The notes beneath the pieces were generated by a model. It did no database searches. It was not told the origin of the DNA and was given only the letters and a program-made list of their open reading frames with translations. A DNA stretch of 64,000 nucleotides, from the NCBI GenBank assembly GCA_964016885.1, contig OZ024742.1, forward strand, positions 16,182,001-16,246,000. Reading direction: 5' to 3'. This DNA is from Eledone cirrhosa. Lineage: Eukaryota. The first letter of the stretch is position 1, and every line of letters starts with the position of its first letter. Position numbers and translations under genes: made by a program. Of the stretch, positions 13,931 through 28,899 are shown piece after piece.

Positions 13931-14955
13931 AGAATAAAACATATATCTATTGATTTTATCAATAAACACCACCTACGTTTGTTGGCACATCCGACTGTTC
14001 AGTAACGAATATTACCGAACGATGACGTAAGGCTGTCGTCTGATTAAACAAAAACAAACAAACTTGATTTAAGCGGCATCTACGTTTGTTATCAGAGACA
14101 TAAGCAGCGCCCATGAAACGAACTTACGCCAACCGTAGCTTAATAGTGTCTGTTACAAATCGCTAAGCGCTTAACTTTATTATTCTTCCAAAACCTTCAC
14201 CACATTTAATTAGCACTTCATTGACGTACATTTTTGCGTGTTATTGTTTTACAGTGAAGTATTTAAAAAATATCATCATCATATATAATACAGAGGAATT
14301 TGATATCAATTTAGCAACGTTTAATAGTAAAAAAATCTACTATTGTTTTAGTGTTGTTATTTTTATACATACAGAGATATTTTCGATTTTGCATAGGTTT
14401 CTTTTCTGAATTATTTTCGTTCCTTTTTTTCTCTTTACCTTTCATCAATATATATTTTGTTTTTCTTTGAGGGTTGTTGTTATATTTTAATGGTGTTCTT
14501 TTTCTTTTCACCTTCATATCTACTTAAAAATATTCTTAAATACTTTTCTAAAGTTATTAAAACACAATCTAAAAACTGTTTACAACACAAGTAGTGCAGG
14601 TATTTTAGCTGAATATTTCTATGGCTTGTACGGTGTACATTCACTCTCAATCTCCGATTACCTTATCTCTTCATTCTTTACACACACTCACTCTCACACA
14701 CACTTACCCACACACACATTTATATATATATATATATATATACACACTATCTACTCACAGAGGTTTTAGTTTCTTTGAGCATTTAATAAGAAAAGTAGTG
14801 GAAAGAATGGGGAAGGAGAGAAAGATAAAATTAAAAAGTGAGTGTGAAAGGGGAAGGGGAGATAAAAACGAGGAAAATGAAATAAAAACAGATCAAAACT
14901 GACAACTAGAGAGAGAAGCTGACGGAAAAAACTATTTGTTTCACAGAAAGAAAGA

Positions 14956-14999
<44 letters not shown>

Positions 15000-15141
15000 G
15001 GGGGGATTGATAGATAGTGATACATAAATATATAGAGGGAGAGTAGGAGGTGCGAGTTTGAATAAGGAAATATATCATAAATTTCATTAGTTGGTGTCAA
15101 CTTTGTGAAAATTATATTTATGTGTATCTTAACTGTTTAAT

Positions 15142-15253
<112 letters not shown>

Positions 15254-15273
15254 GTATATATATATATATATAC

Positions 15274-15339
<66 letters not shown>

Positions 15340-15476
15340 CAAAGTGAGGTTTTTTTTACAAAATGAAAAATAACCGAGGTGTCCTACACGAGTGGAAGTA
15401 TAAAGAAAAAGGGATGAAATCGAAAATGCAACTGAAGTCTTATTTTTTTTTTAAATATATATATTTTTATTTGGTT

Positions 15477-15514
15477 CCTTTACCGGTTTCGCAGTTCTTC
15501 TGCTTTTCAAAAGG
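15477..15514 (-). ncRNA. Type I hammerhead, U3:A8 core (TTGAAAA)
   Basis: Minus strand CCTT-TTGAAAA-GCAG(AAGAA)CTGC-GAAA-CCGG-TA-AAGG. Confidence 0.78.
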
Positions 15515-16257
15515 TGAGTTGAGATGGAGGGTCTGTGGTTTTTCTCACATCTGGTTGGTCTCTAAATGTTACTTGTTTTATATGGAAAAAGTGGCTCGAA
15601 AGCCAGGTTTTTCGAGAAGTAATTTGATTGGTTTGTCAATAATTATAATAAATTTCGCGCCAGTTCGCGTTACAATAGTTCTTCAAATAAGAGTGGGGTG
15701 TTGTCACAGGTTGTTTTTTCATATATAAGTATTTGAATTTCTTTTTACTTGAAAAAATGAGGCTCACGAAGGCTTTTTTTTGGTTGGTTATAAATGAAAT
15801 TTGGCTGTCACGTGAACAAGTTTTCATTACATTTTTGCGCCCTTATTTGGAAAACTATTCTGTAGTCTTTATAGTGAATGTTATGACAATGGAGAGATAG
15901 TGGTCAAGGGAAAAAAGGATTGGGAGAAATGTTCTGGTTCAGTGAATATGGCCAGCTGTCAGGGTTCAGGTGTCAGAGTTCAGATTTTCTATTGAGACTG
16001 AAGATATGTGTTTATTTGTGTGCTTGTGTGTGTATATATATGTGTGTGTGTGTGTGTATGTGTGTATTGGAAGATGATTCTATTAGTAGAGATGGGGGAG
16101 GGAGTTGTGTGTGTGTGTATATGGGTGTTATGTGTGTGTGTGCGAGTATGTTAGAAGGAGAGAATATATATTTTGTGTGTGTGTATATATATATGTGTGT
16201 AGGAAAGTGGTTCTATTAGTAGAAATGGGGAGGGTGTTGTTTATTTTGTGTGTTTCA

Positions 16258-16863
16258 AGGGCATATATCTCAACACACAACCCAAGAAATGCGGAAGCTT
16301 ACAACACTATTCACAATAACATCCCACTACTAAAACAAAACCCAAGAATGAAAAAAGCCCTTGAAACACACAAAATAATCAAAAGCAAAAGACAACCAAA
16401 ATCACTGAAAACATTACTCACCAAGGCCAAATTACCTACCACAAACCCACAACCAAGTATCAAAAAATGTGGTCGCTCTAATTGTGGAACCTGCACTCAC
16501 CTCATTGAAGGCAACACGTATACATTTAAATCAGGACAACATTTTACTGTAAAAAATCACTTCACTTGCTCATCAAAAAATCTAATTTATGCCATTAAAT
16601 GTAAAGGATGCAATGAAGATTATATAGGACAAACTAAACTCACACTCAGAAACAGAATGACAGTTCATCGCCAACAATTAAGAGATCCAACCACGAGACA
16701 GATACCACTAAGTGCACATCTAGACATTTGCGCAAGTAATAAGACACCCAAATTCCAAGTCTTCCCATTTTACCTTTGCGCGAACAATACAACAGAACAA
16801 ATGCGAATAAATAAGGAAACTATGTTTATTCAAAAATATAGACCAACATTAAATAAGGTTTAA
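16258..16863 (+). pseudogene. PLE C-terminal GIY-YIG endonuclease fragment
   Basis: YISTHNP..KKCGRSNCGTC..FTCSSKNLIYAIKCKGCNEDYIGQT..RMTVH..KETMFIQKYRPTLN; homologous to 41727-42191. Confidence 0.92.
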
Positions 16864-17886
16864 TATACATTATGTCAACACCACAATATGACATACACAC
16901 ACACACATAACACCTTCTACTTTAGAAAATAAAAACCCGAACTAAATAAACCTTAACATACGTTTGCACTGGCAATACAACAGCAAACACGAAAAAGTCA
17001 GGAAAATATGTTCATTCAAAAATATTCCTACTAAAGGAATCATTTTCCTACACACACACAATATATATATATATATATATATTCTCTTCATCTTAACATG
17101 CTAACCATACTCCCACACACATAACACCCATACACACACATAACAACCCCCACACCTACAACACCCTCCCCATTTCTACTAATAGAACCACTTTCCTACA
17201 CACATATATATATACACACACACAAAATATATATTCTCTCCATCTAACATACTCGCACACACACACATAACACCCATATACACACACACATAACTCCCCC
17301 CCCCCATCTCTACTAACAGAATCATCTTCCAATACACACATACACACACACACACACACACATATATATACACACAAGCACACAAATAAACACATATCTT
17401 CAGTCTCAATAGAAAATCTGAACTCTGACACCTGAACCCTGACAGCTGGCCATATTCACTGAACCAGAACATTTCTCCCAATCCCTTTTCCCTTGACCAC
17501 TATCTCTCCATTGTCATAACATTCACTATAAAGACTACAGAATAGTTTTCCAAATAAGGGCGCAAAAATGTAATGAAAACTTGTTCACGTGACAGCCAAA
17601 TTTCATTTATAACCAACCAAAAAAAAGCCTTCGTGAGCCTCATTTTTTCAAGTAAAAAGAAATTCAAACACTTATATATGAAAAAACAACCTGTGACAAC
17701 CCCCCCTCTCTTATTTGAAGAACTATTGTAACGCGAACTGGCGCGAAATTTATTATAATTATTGACAAACCAATCAAATTACTTCTCGAAAAACCTGGCT
17801 TTCGAGCCACTTTTTCCATATAAAACAAGTAACATTTAGAGACCAACCAGATGTGAGAAAAACCACAGACCCTCCATCTCAACTCA

Positions 17887-17924
17887 CCTTTTGAAAAGCA
17901 GAAGAACTGCGAAACCGGTAAAGG
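17887..17924 (+). ncRNA. Type I hammerhead, U3:A8 core, in the PLE 3' pseudo-LTR
   Basis: CCTT-TTGAAAA-GCAG(AAGAA)CTGC-GAAA-CCGG-TA-AAGG; palindromic stem III ACCGGT, GUA site; sense to the GIY-YIG ORF. Confidence 0.8.
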
Positions 17925-17993
17925 AACCAAATAAATATATATATTTTTAAAAAAAATAAGACTTCAGTTGCATTTTCGATTTCATCCCTTTTT

Positions 17994-18053
<60 letters not shown>

Positions 18054-18120
18054 GCCAAGATATATTTACATATATATATATATACGCAAAGATATATTTA
18101 CATATATATATATATATACG

Positions 18121-18152
<32 letters not shown>

Positions 18153-18153
18153 T

Positions 18154-18241
18154 TAGCTTTCACCGTATTTTTGACTAAAGAAATTTTAGCCTGATAATTA
18201 TCAGGCTAAAATTTCTTTAGTCAAAAATACGGTGAAAGCTA
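18154..18241. repeat. Perfect palindrome of about 88 bp
   Basis: TAGCTTTCACCG...CCTGATAA|TTATCAGG...CGGTGAAAGCTA, between (TA)n tracts. Confidence 0.9.
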
Positions 18242-18290
18242 TTCTATTTTCTAATTTCGAACCTGCTCACTGTTTCAAAACATACTTACT

Positions 18291-18323
<33 letters not shown>

Positions 18324-18324
18324 C

Positions 18325-18377
<53 letters not shown>

Positions 18378-18664
18378 TTAACACAAATCAATATATTTGA
18401 TAAACAAATCCTCATATTTATGTATGTATTGTAAATGGCCAAGTTAGCTAGATAGAAATATACTAATAATAATATTACAGTTTGCCTATCATGACTTAAG
18501 ATAATACATCATAAATCAACAAAAACAAATTGTATTGGCAATGGCCGTGGTGCTTGGACAAATTTAAATTTCAAAATCAAACCTGTTCCGTAGACAGGTT
18601 TAAACCTTAAAATCCAAATATGTTTCGAATAATGAAAAAGTGGAAGGAATACCGCATTTTTTTT

Positions 18665-19060
<396 letters not shown>

Positions 19061-19291
19061 CAAGTATTGGTGTATATCAAGCAATATATTTACGTTGTTG
19101 ATATCGGTGCTGTTAGGTGGTTTCAACCAAGGTGATGAATATCTTATAAGAAAATGAGATGAGAGAGAAATGAATATGAAACTATACATGTATTTCTGTT
19201 GGTTTAGGTATTGATGCTATAACTCTATGGATTGATGATAACTACATATACTAATAGATAGATACACACAGACACACGCAAACACACGCAA

Positions 19292-19700
<409 letters not shown>

Positions 19701-19789
19701 AGAGACCACACTGGATAGAACTATTCATTGGTTCACCACTGGATAGAACTGGTCATTCCGTATTCAACCGTGATGTAATATTATGGAGA

Positions 19790-20375
19790 GCACTCGATGC
19801 AATGAAACTCACCTGTCTCCGTTTGTGTTGTTGGTGGTTCAGTATGAATCCGGTGACATCATCAGGTATTCCGAAATTTAACAAAGGAATATAATAGACA
19901 CAATTCAAGGGACTGAAAAGCAGAGAGATGTCCAAGGCGAGAAGGCGGTCAAATTATTATAATATATATGGGGAGATAAGAGAAGCTGTGCTATTTTCTA
20001 TCTGGTGTTAGTGCCAACCCTTACCTTAAGTAATGACCAAAAGAATACGATTGCAAACATAAGCGGCTGAAAGGGGGTTTCTTCGAAGGGTCTTTAAAGT
20101 AATAACTCGGAGATCATGGGGTCACTCGTAGTCAATACGTCTTCGAATCACAATTCTGATACATATGGACATGTTACGATGTCTAGGAAAGAATCGCTGG
20201 ACAGATTTTACGGACAAACCAAACGACAGGAGACTCAGAGGTAAACCTTAAGCAAGATTGATGGATAACTCTCAAAAGTTCGTTTGGTCTCGCTTAGGGA
20301 TAGGACCCCCAGTAAAGCGTGTCTGAGGGCTGTTCCCACAAGCCTCCTAGGAACATGTGAGTGAAGGAGAAGGGT
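19790..20375 (+). pseudogene. Highly decayed RTE-type LINE 3' fragment related to 7340-7990
   Basis: Shared GACCAAAAGAATAC(A/G)ATTGCAAA and AAGAAT(T/C)GCTGGACAGATTTTA segments. Confidence 0.65.
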
Positions 20376-20429
20376 AAGTCATGGGTAAATAGATAGGTAG
20401 GAAAACTTGATAGAATGGTTCGATATATA

Positions 20430-20587
20430 ATTGTTTCTACTTTAGGCACAAGGCCAGCAATTACCCAGTGCATTACTGGTACTTTATTTTATCGACCCCG
20501 TAAGGATGAAAGGCAAAGTCAACCTGGGCGGGATTTGAACTCAGATCGTAAAGGGACGTAACTATGCTGGAAAGCATGGCGTCCGAT
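20430..20587 (-). mobile_element. SINE family A copy
   Basis: TTTATCGACCCCGTAAGGATGAAAGGC core. Confidence 0.85.
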
Positions 20588-21536
20588 AGTTCGATATATA
20601 ATAAAATAAATTAAGTATTTGAGTAGCATAAAGGGTAAAGGAATTTTTTTGAGAAACGTTTCAAGAAAATATTTGATGGAATTTTGAGAAAAACGTTTAA
20701 GAAAGACTTAATGAAGATTTTTGAAGAATAGTTTTGTGTTTGGATAGAAACAAATTAAAATTACTTTCACTGATCATGGTGGAGGTGATAATAGAGGAAA
20801 TAATGGGGATGTGGTAGAGTTGATGGTGGTGGTCGCAGTTAGAAGAGTGAGATAGAACAAAACGATTGTTTGGGTTATGCGAATGTAAAATTTGTAACGT
20901 GTAAAAAAAAAAGCATTCATTAAAATTTTCTCAAAATTAAAAAAAAAATCTTTATATAGTTTTTCAAGAATTTCATAAAAGTTTTCATCAAATGTGTTCT
21001 CAAAATTCACAATTTTCACAAAAACTTTCTTAGAAATTTTTCCTATAAAAATTTCTCAAATATTTTCAAAATTATAGTCAAAATTATTTTCACCATTTTC
21101 CAAAAATTCTTTTTAAAATTAAAAAAAATTTTTTTCTAAACTTTGAAAAGTTTCCTGAAAAATATTCTTGAAAACATCAGCAAAATTTTAGGAAAACTTT
21201 TATGCAATCTTTGAAAGATTTTCGTGAAATTTATTCGAAAACCTTTTGATAAACATTTGAAGAAAGTTTTGAGGGAAATATTTGAAAAAGTCTGAAGGAA
21301 ATGTTTTTGAAAACATTTGAAAAATTTTGAGAAATATTTAAAAAAATATGAAGATTCTTTCAAAATTTTGAGGAATATTTTTTAGTAAACATTTTAGATC
21401 TTAAACATAATTTTAAAGCAAATATTTGAAAATCTTGTGAAGAGTATTTTTGGTGAAATATGGAGTAAAGATTTCGATTGTTTAGGTTATGCGAAAGTAA
21501 TATTTGTGAAAGAAGCTCATGGAACGTGTACAAATT

Positions 21537-21567
<31 letters not shown>

Positions 21568-22029
21568 AAAAAAAAAAATTAAGCCATTTTCTTCGGATTC
21601 CGTCAAAAAACTTCAACAAAATGTTTTCAAATTTTACAAAAATTTTTTACAAACACTTTTTGAGAAAATTTTCAGTAAAAAGTTTGAAACGTTTTAAAGA
21701 TATTTGAAAAATTAAAACATTTTGAGAAAATTTATCGGGAAATTTTGAGGAATATTTTCGAAAAAATTGGGGAAACTTTTTGAGAAAATTTTAACTGAAA
21801 ATTCTTCGGAAATATTTTGATTAATTTTTTAAAAGAAAACATTGAGGCACACTTTTGCGAAATGTTTAGGAAAATAAAAAAAAAAATGCGAAGAAAACTT
21901 TACGAAATTTTTACGAAAACGTTTGATGGAAAAAAAAAAAAAAGGATCGATCTACGTTCGTCAAATCGGACCGAGGAAGCAATGTTTCCGTTGGTCTTTC
22001 CAGTTGCTAATACTATTTATCGGTCGCAA

Positions 22030-22165
22030 CTCCATATAGAAGGAGCAGCGTGAAATAAAGTGTCTTGCTCAAGGACATAACACATCGCCCGGTCCAGGAA
22101 TCGAACTAACAACGTCAAGATTGTGAATCCAATTCTCTCTAACCACTCATCCACACGCCTTCACT
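22030..22165 (-). mobile_element. CORE-like SINE family B copy
   Basis: AAGTGTCTTGCTCAAGGAC and GGAATCGAAC on the plus strand. Confidence 0.72.
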
Positions 22166-22620
22166 TTGATGAAAATGCTTGCAAAATATAGAACAATAAT
22201 ACAATTATTGATAAATAGTCTAGGACCGTTACACCCATTCACTTTAAATTATCTTTCGAATCTAACCGTCTGCATGCTCTGGTACAGTCTATCGCTGAAT
22301 CACTGTTATTCAAATGTACGTTTGAATAGAAACAACTTAAAATTTCTTTTGATGATCGAGAGGAGATAATGGGGATGTGGTGCAGGTAGGGGTGGCATCC
22401 GTGGTGAGATGAGGGAAGCAGGAACGAAAACGTTTGTTCGTTTTATGTTAAAGTAAAATCTGTAATGTGGATAAAAATTGGGTTAAAACATTTCTGAAAA
22501 ATTGAGAAAAATTTATGCGAAATGTTTTTAGCAAAATTGTATTTAAATTTCGAAGAAAATTTGGTGAAAATTTGGAAAATTTTGTAAAGTCAAATACAAA
22601 CATTAATTATCTGAAAAACA

Positions 22621-22808
22621 GGGCGGTGAATTGGCAGTATCGGTAGAGGGTTGGACGCCACGCTTTCTAGCATAGTTACGTCCCTTTACAGTCTGAGTTC
22701 AAATCCCGCCGAGGTTAACTTTGCCTTTCATCCTTACGGGGTCGATAAAATAAAGTATCAGTAATGTACTGGATAATTGCTGGCCTTGTGCCAAAGTAGA
22801 AACAATTA
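22621..22808 (+). mobile_element. SINE family A, near full length
   Basis: GGGCGGTGAATTGGCAGTATCGG...GAGTTCAAATCC...GTAGAAACAATTA. Confidence 0.88.
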
Positions 22809-23022
22809 ATTATCTGAAAAACAGTTTTAGTTCATTATACATCCCCACTTTAAATTATCATCTCATTCCATAAATGATGTTCTTGTTAAAACATGTTCCA
22901 GTCAGTCTAAACAAGATGTTTCCACAGCTCTATAAATACTGTGGAGAAATAAAATCGTCAATGGGTCTCCGGCTTTCAGATACATAAGTTTTAATTTTTT
23001 GCTTTTATAATCATTCATGAAA

Positions 23023-23310
23023 ATGGAAGTCACAGAAGGGCACATAAGACACGCCATGATTTACAAGTTCAAAAAAGGCAACAGATATCACGAATACCGT
23101 AGAAAAATATCGAAGGTGAAGGTGTTTTGATTGTTCGTAAGTGTCAACATTGATTTGGAAGATGGCCACCGCTCTGGGGGACCTGTCACTTTTGACAATG
23201 CTACACTGAAAGCTGCTATTGAAAGAAATCCTTATTCAACTGTGAAAAGGTTAGCAGAAGCGGTTAATCCAGCATCATCAACCACCCATCGCCATTTACA
23301 GGAACTTTTC
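23023..23310 (+). pseudogene. mariner-type transposase N-terminal (HTH) remnant
   Basis: MEVTEGHIRHAMIYKFKKGN then DLEDGHRSGGPVTFDNATLKAAIERNPYSTVKRLAE..THRHL, typical of mariner paired HTH; frameshifted. Confidence 0.8.
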
Positions 23311-24011
23311 TCCAGGTTTTTCTCTAACCACAGCTTGCCCACGTCAGACAGAAATAAAACAACAGAACTTTTCTCTCAGAATATAGGAAAGGTCTTGCCT
23401 GTGAGAGGTAACATAAACCTCTGCTAACTATTCATGAATTATTAAAAACAGCTAACATAATTTAAAGTAGATAAACATTAAATAAAAACATCAAAAGGGT
23501 TAAAATTTAAGATGCGAGTCAAGGATCAAGTTTAACATATAATCTGTCATTTTTTATGTATAGCCTCACGTGAGCTCTGATCAAGTAGACCTATAATCAA
23601 ACACAATTCAACTGTAACTTTCCCCATTTTTTTCAGACGTACTATATCTAAAACTACATTACCCAATGAGTTCTTCTTTATATCGAACACTGGAGGGAGG
23701 AAATATGATATGAAGAGGATTTGAGTGCTAGTTTTAGCTGTTTGGGCGGATCGTTGATACATTTATATGCTTTGGAGCTTAAAATGTAAAAAGAAAAACA
23801 ACTAATACTACCGAACTGTTTCTCAATAAAAATCTAAGATGGACAAGTTTTATCTCAGTTAATGCGTCTCTAGGTAGCTGCTAAACATTTTAAAGTAGGG
23901 TAAAATCTGAGTAACATGTACTAATGCAATATTGAAATGTTGAGAATCATACACAAACATAGATAAAACATACAAAACTACACACAAGAAAATATACTCA
24001 GTTATAGACGA

Positions 24012-24071
<60 letters not shown>

Positions 24072-24129
24072 CATACACACACACACATATATATATATAT
24101 GCATAAATGCGTGCATGAATGCATATGTA

Positions 24130-24178
<49 letters not shown>

Positions 24179-25543
24179 ACATGTATGCCTACATATGTAC
24201 ACTCACACAGACGGAAAGACACATACAGAGACTCAATAAGATGCTGATTAACACACACACACAATTATATATGCCAAAAAAGTAACTTTTAATCCGTTGT
24301 CATCAGATTTCTACTTGGTTTCTTTATAATATATTTTATATTAGAAATCAATCTTCAGTACAACTCTTACAATGGAAACGATAACAAAAGTAACACGTTC
24401 ACACGTAAGAATCTGTGAAAAATCCATAAATTTCTCTCCATTAAAGCTTTCTCGCCGAGACATTAACCTACTTATGTTTCTTCCACTTTAATATTATTTA
24501 GTCCTCAAAAATCGATTTCCATATCAATTAATTGAGAGAAATCTGACCTGATTAACTTCGTTCTAGAAATTATTCGGTCTTACCCAACGACGTTTCTGTT
24601 CCTTTAATTATTTACATCAGAATTTCTTAGAGTCTATATAAATACACACTATGGCTGACATAACGTCCTGGACCACATGGAAGTCTTCTTCTTCTTCTTC
24701 TTCTTCGCCCACATATTCCTGAGATGTGTGTGTGTGTGTGGTGGGGCAGAGTGCTCAGACACTCCTTCCAGCAAGTCTTGTCAGAAGCAACCATCCCCAA
24801 TTGATCCGGCTATATATAAACGCTCGGATAAATATAAACAAATTTATAAAGTCACATTTTTACTCTTCACATACCAGTTCTGTACTGAGGGTCGATTCTT
24901 CCCGTATATTTCTCTCTCACTTTATATAACTATTTCATTGGAAGAAATCAGTTGCATTCAGATCTGAAGATGGTTGGGATTTTCCAGACTAAAATACTGA
25001 AGACACGCCATACCTAGAATTCAGGACCAATGTATTGTTTGATGGAAGTACTTATATGTTTATTTAGATGTATTTCTAATTATTATTATATAAATATGAG
25101 TATACAGAATATATTCTATGTTTGTTACGAGTAAGATTTAAATATCTTTTTTTTTTGTTATAGTTCAGTTTCTTATAGTCTTTAAAATTATGTTTTCGAA
25201 ACAAGTGTTTATACTTATATTCAATAAAGCAAACCTATCAACCTCTAAAAACCCAAACGGGGAGTACTATGAAAAGAAGTGCCCCAAAATGGGGAGAAAT
25301 GAGGGAAAATGGGGAGATTTTACATAATGAAAGCTATACCCATTTTCACAAGAGAAGACATCTCTCAGCCACCCCAAAGTGGGTGGGATATCTGCCCGTC
25401 TGACGGGGAGAGTTGACAAGTCTAAATAAAGGATAATGCAATTTGTTTATAAACCCAAAGCATCCTATTTCCATTCCAGTGAATTATTATTTTTAATAAG
25501 TTTCCAGTGTCCTCGCTATGCCCGGAGACCTATACGGAAAAAG

Positions 25544-25626
25544 ACTTTCCTGATGACGGAATGATTTTCTATATGTTTCTTCAGAAAATATATTTACTCC
25601 ATTCCAGAAACTAATTAGTTGGAAGT
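25544..25626 (+). ncRNA. Type I hammerhead with long stem II
   Basis: ACTTTC-CTGATGA-C-GGAATG...CATTCC-A-GAAA-CTAATTAG-TT-GGAAGT; palindromic stem III. Confidence 0.8.
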
Positions 25627-26069
25627 GATTTTTTAGTAAGTAAGTTAATTTTATAATTTTCTTATTTTACGTCTCTCATATTATTGTTCTGCAACCCCAT
25701 GCATTGAACCACATTGTTAATAAGACAAAACCTATATATTTGCTAGCATTGATATGCATCTGTGTGTATATAAATGTTACTAGATATAAATTCCTTATAA
25801 TTATCTCCAATTCATTTGTGGAGCAATATTTGGCCATGACTGCTACTATGGTAGTAAGCTGGCCGCTGTCTTAATAACCACTCGCTTTCCACTGATTGAC
25901 CTCGATGTCACGTGATTGATTCTTTTTGAATTTGCCACAGACGTAGAGGCAGTGATTTTCTCAATGGCTTGGAATCCAGTCCACGCTTCGCTATTTCCAT
26001 TCCATTGAATTATTTTTTTTAATAAGTTTCCAGTGTCCTCGCTATGCCTGGAGACCTATACGGAAAAAG

Positions 26070-26152
26070 ACTTTCCTGATGACGGAATGATTTTCTATAT
26101 GTTTCTTCGGAAAATATATTTACTCCATTCCAGAAACTAATTAGTTGGAAGT
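26070..26152 (+). ncRNA. Type I hammerhead, second tandem copy
   Basis: Same motif as 25544-25626. Confidence 0.8.
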
Positions 26153-26197
26153 GATTTTTTAGTAAGTAAGTTAATTTTATAATTTTCTTATTTTACG

Positions 26198-26318
<121 letters not shown>

Positions 26319-27512
26319 ATATATGTATATATATATATTTGTAAATCACTAATATATATTCATATTAGTGATTAGTGGAGATCAATAGATGTAATTACTT
26401 GATGTTTTGGTGATTAGAGTTATCCATCAAAGGAGAAAGGGGAGAAAATCGATTATATAAACCTCCATTGGTATTAATTTAATTGACCACGGAAGAATGA
26501 AAGGCAAATAGAATTTGACGGAATTTGAAATCAGGAAGTAAAGAGAGAGCCATGAATAAATACGATACACATGCGATATGCTAACGATTCTGTTAATTCA
26601 GTACAATATGTTTATTTAACAGATTAACCGTTTACATAACTCTTAGCTCTGTTTGTTTTATTTCAACTTCTCTGTTTCCATGTCCTCTTATTGGTTGCCT
26701 ATCAACCCCAGAAAATGTTTTAAAAATACAACAAAGTCATTCTTGCTGCTCATCTTTGATCAAGCAGATCCTTGTGTACCTTCCGAAATGTCGAATGTTT
26801 CCTTTCTTCTAAATTTTCGTTGATTTTAAAGTATTTTTGGGAAATATAAAATTTTACAAACTTTGATACTTTAATTCTATGTCCACTATTTTAATTATTT
26901 TTATAATCATTTAAATAATTGATTTTTGATCTTTGTAATAAAACAGGAGTTATATTTTTCTATTTTAGGGAGAAAAACTAAAATTTGATTAGATCAGAGA
27001 ATTTTGTTAAGCACCATCTTTCAAAATAAAATTTAAGTAAAGGGAAAAGAATTGGTTTAATAGAGACACTTAATATTCGGTCTGTTTACACACATCTTCA
27101 GAATTAAAAGAAAATCAATATATATTCTCATTATATTGTTGTTGCTGTCATCTCTGATAAATCAAATCTATAATCAACGTCAGTCCAGCCATATTAAACA
27201 CATTAGTTATTCAGACACAATGTAGCTAAGGCTTATCCAATGTACCATTCTTTTTTTTAAATAAAAATATCAGGGAGTGACTTGTGGGAGATTTGTCTGC
27301 AATTATCTGCAAACCGAGAGACAACATAGACACTACCCTCGTTTGTTCACTTTTCTTGAAATCTTGACGGCCCATTACGCTCGGATGTGTATGTATGGTC
27401 CCGTAACTCCTGATAGAGCCGTAGGGGCGCCGTATTGACATACAGCGTTTCTTGAGCATTTTAATCCTGGCGAAGCCCTTCCCTCTCCAGGCCTGGGTAC
27501 AGCAGATTTCTT

Positions 27513-27549
<37 letters not shown>

Positions 27550-27569
27550 GAGAGTGAGAGAGAGAGGAT

Positions 27570-27715
27570 CAACCCCAGTATTAGACTAGCACTTTTTTTT
27601 ATCGACCTCGAAAGGTTGAAAGGCAAAGTTGACCTCGGCGGGACTTGAACTCGGAGAGTCAGAATGAATACCATAAAACATTCTATCCGAAGTTCTAACG
27701 ACTTTGACAATTCGC
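27570..27715 (-). mobile_element. SINE family A-related copy
   Basis: TTTATCGACCTCGAAAGGTTGAAAGGCAAAGTTGACCTCGGCGGGACTTGAACTC. Confidence 0.75.
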
Positions 27716-27816
27716 TCGGATATATATAAACAAATTTATAAAGTCACATTTTAACTCTTCACAAACAAAGCAAGCCACAGTAATTATTTATTTACAATAG
27801 TTTATAACTTTGCCTA

Positions 27817-28080
27817 TTAATCCGTATGGTGAGCAAATGGGGTCCCACGTGCTGGCCTCCCTACAGCCCCAGCGGACAGGATGGAGAAGGCGTTTCGCGG
27901 GAGGATGGTAAGGGAGATGCGCTGGAGGAGCCATTCCAACTCGCGAGGCTCACACCTGCGGCTGGCCAGCTCAGCGCCTATGCAGGTGTATAGGGAGGTA
28001 GCCCTAGGGCCAAGGACACCAGAAGTCTCCACTGCCAAGGGCACGACCACGAACCTGTCGGAGAGTGACCGGCACTTTAA
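27817..28080 (-). pseudogene. 3' fragment of a CRE-like non-LTR retrotransposon (restriction-like endonuclease C-terminus)
   Basis: LSDRFVVVPLAVETSGVLGP..WLLQRISLTILPRNAFSIL resembles the ET.G..G/QRIS...RGNA end of CRE-clade ORFs; GC-rich. Confidence 0.7.
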
Positions 28081-28315
28081 AATGGAGTTCTCTCAAATGT
28101 AATGGATACTCAATATGCTACCATGTTACATATATAAGAGGTTGTTCAAAACATTGTCACTGGTTCGGTGATACTTGGAAGTAAACAGTCATTATTGATG
28201 AAAAATATATAATATTAACTCTACAAACAGTATATGTGTTCTCTAAAGGTATGTTTAGTGTATCTGTAACACTAAGCACTAAGCCATGCGCCTTCACATA
28301 ACATATGTTAATAAT

Positions 28316-28508
28316 AGTTTCTACTATAGGTACAATGCAAACAATTTTGGGGGAGGGGAAAGTTGATTAAATCGACTCTAGTGCATTATTGGTACTTTAT
28401 CGAGGATAAAAGGCAAAGTTAACCTCAGTGGGATTTGAATTCAGAACGTAAAGGGCTGCAACTATTCTACAAAGCATGGTATCCGATGCTCTACTGATAC
28501 TGCCAATC
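28316..28508 (-). mobile_element. SINE family A copy
   Basis: AAAGGCAAAGTTAACCTCAGTGGGATTTGAATTC...GATACTGCCAAT. Confidence 0.78.
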
Positions 28509-28899
28509 TCCTGTAATAATGAATGAAATAGGTGTAAATTTTACCTGAACAATAATCTCAGAAATACTTTAAGCTGCACTGAAGACTTTACAAGTTATTA
28601 TAGGACACTCTCCTAACATTTCTCCTTTGATACACATTTAGTAAACCTAGATGAAATATGAAAGTTAAGTAATTACACTACTTATAGGTTAAACTGTTAT
28701 TTGAATTGAAAGTTATTGTGAAAACAATTGATCGTAGGAGTTTCTGGCTACAATTCTAGAAAATTACGAATTATTTGACCAGAAGAAATAATTATTTCTT
28801 TGTCCGAAATCTAATGATTGAGTTGCACGTGTTGGCGGAAAATAGGAAATTTAAGCATTAATAGTTTTTCTCAAGATAATCAACATATAAGCAAATCCC

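Larger units (their letters stand above)
15338..17998 (+). mobile_element. 5'-truncated Penelope-like element (Neptune-like) with an inverted pseudo-LTR at its 5' end
   Basis: About 15405-16240 is the reverse complement of about 17160-17998 and brackets a GIY-YIG ORF; HHR in both arms; (TA)n flanks. Confidence 0.9.

Noticed and set aside
24298-24312. CTGATGA on the minus strand
   Set aside because: No matching stem II or GAAA found nearby.
25230-25424. Possible MITE with imperfect terminal inverted repeats
   Set aside because: Single copy, weak TIR match and no clear target-site duplication.
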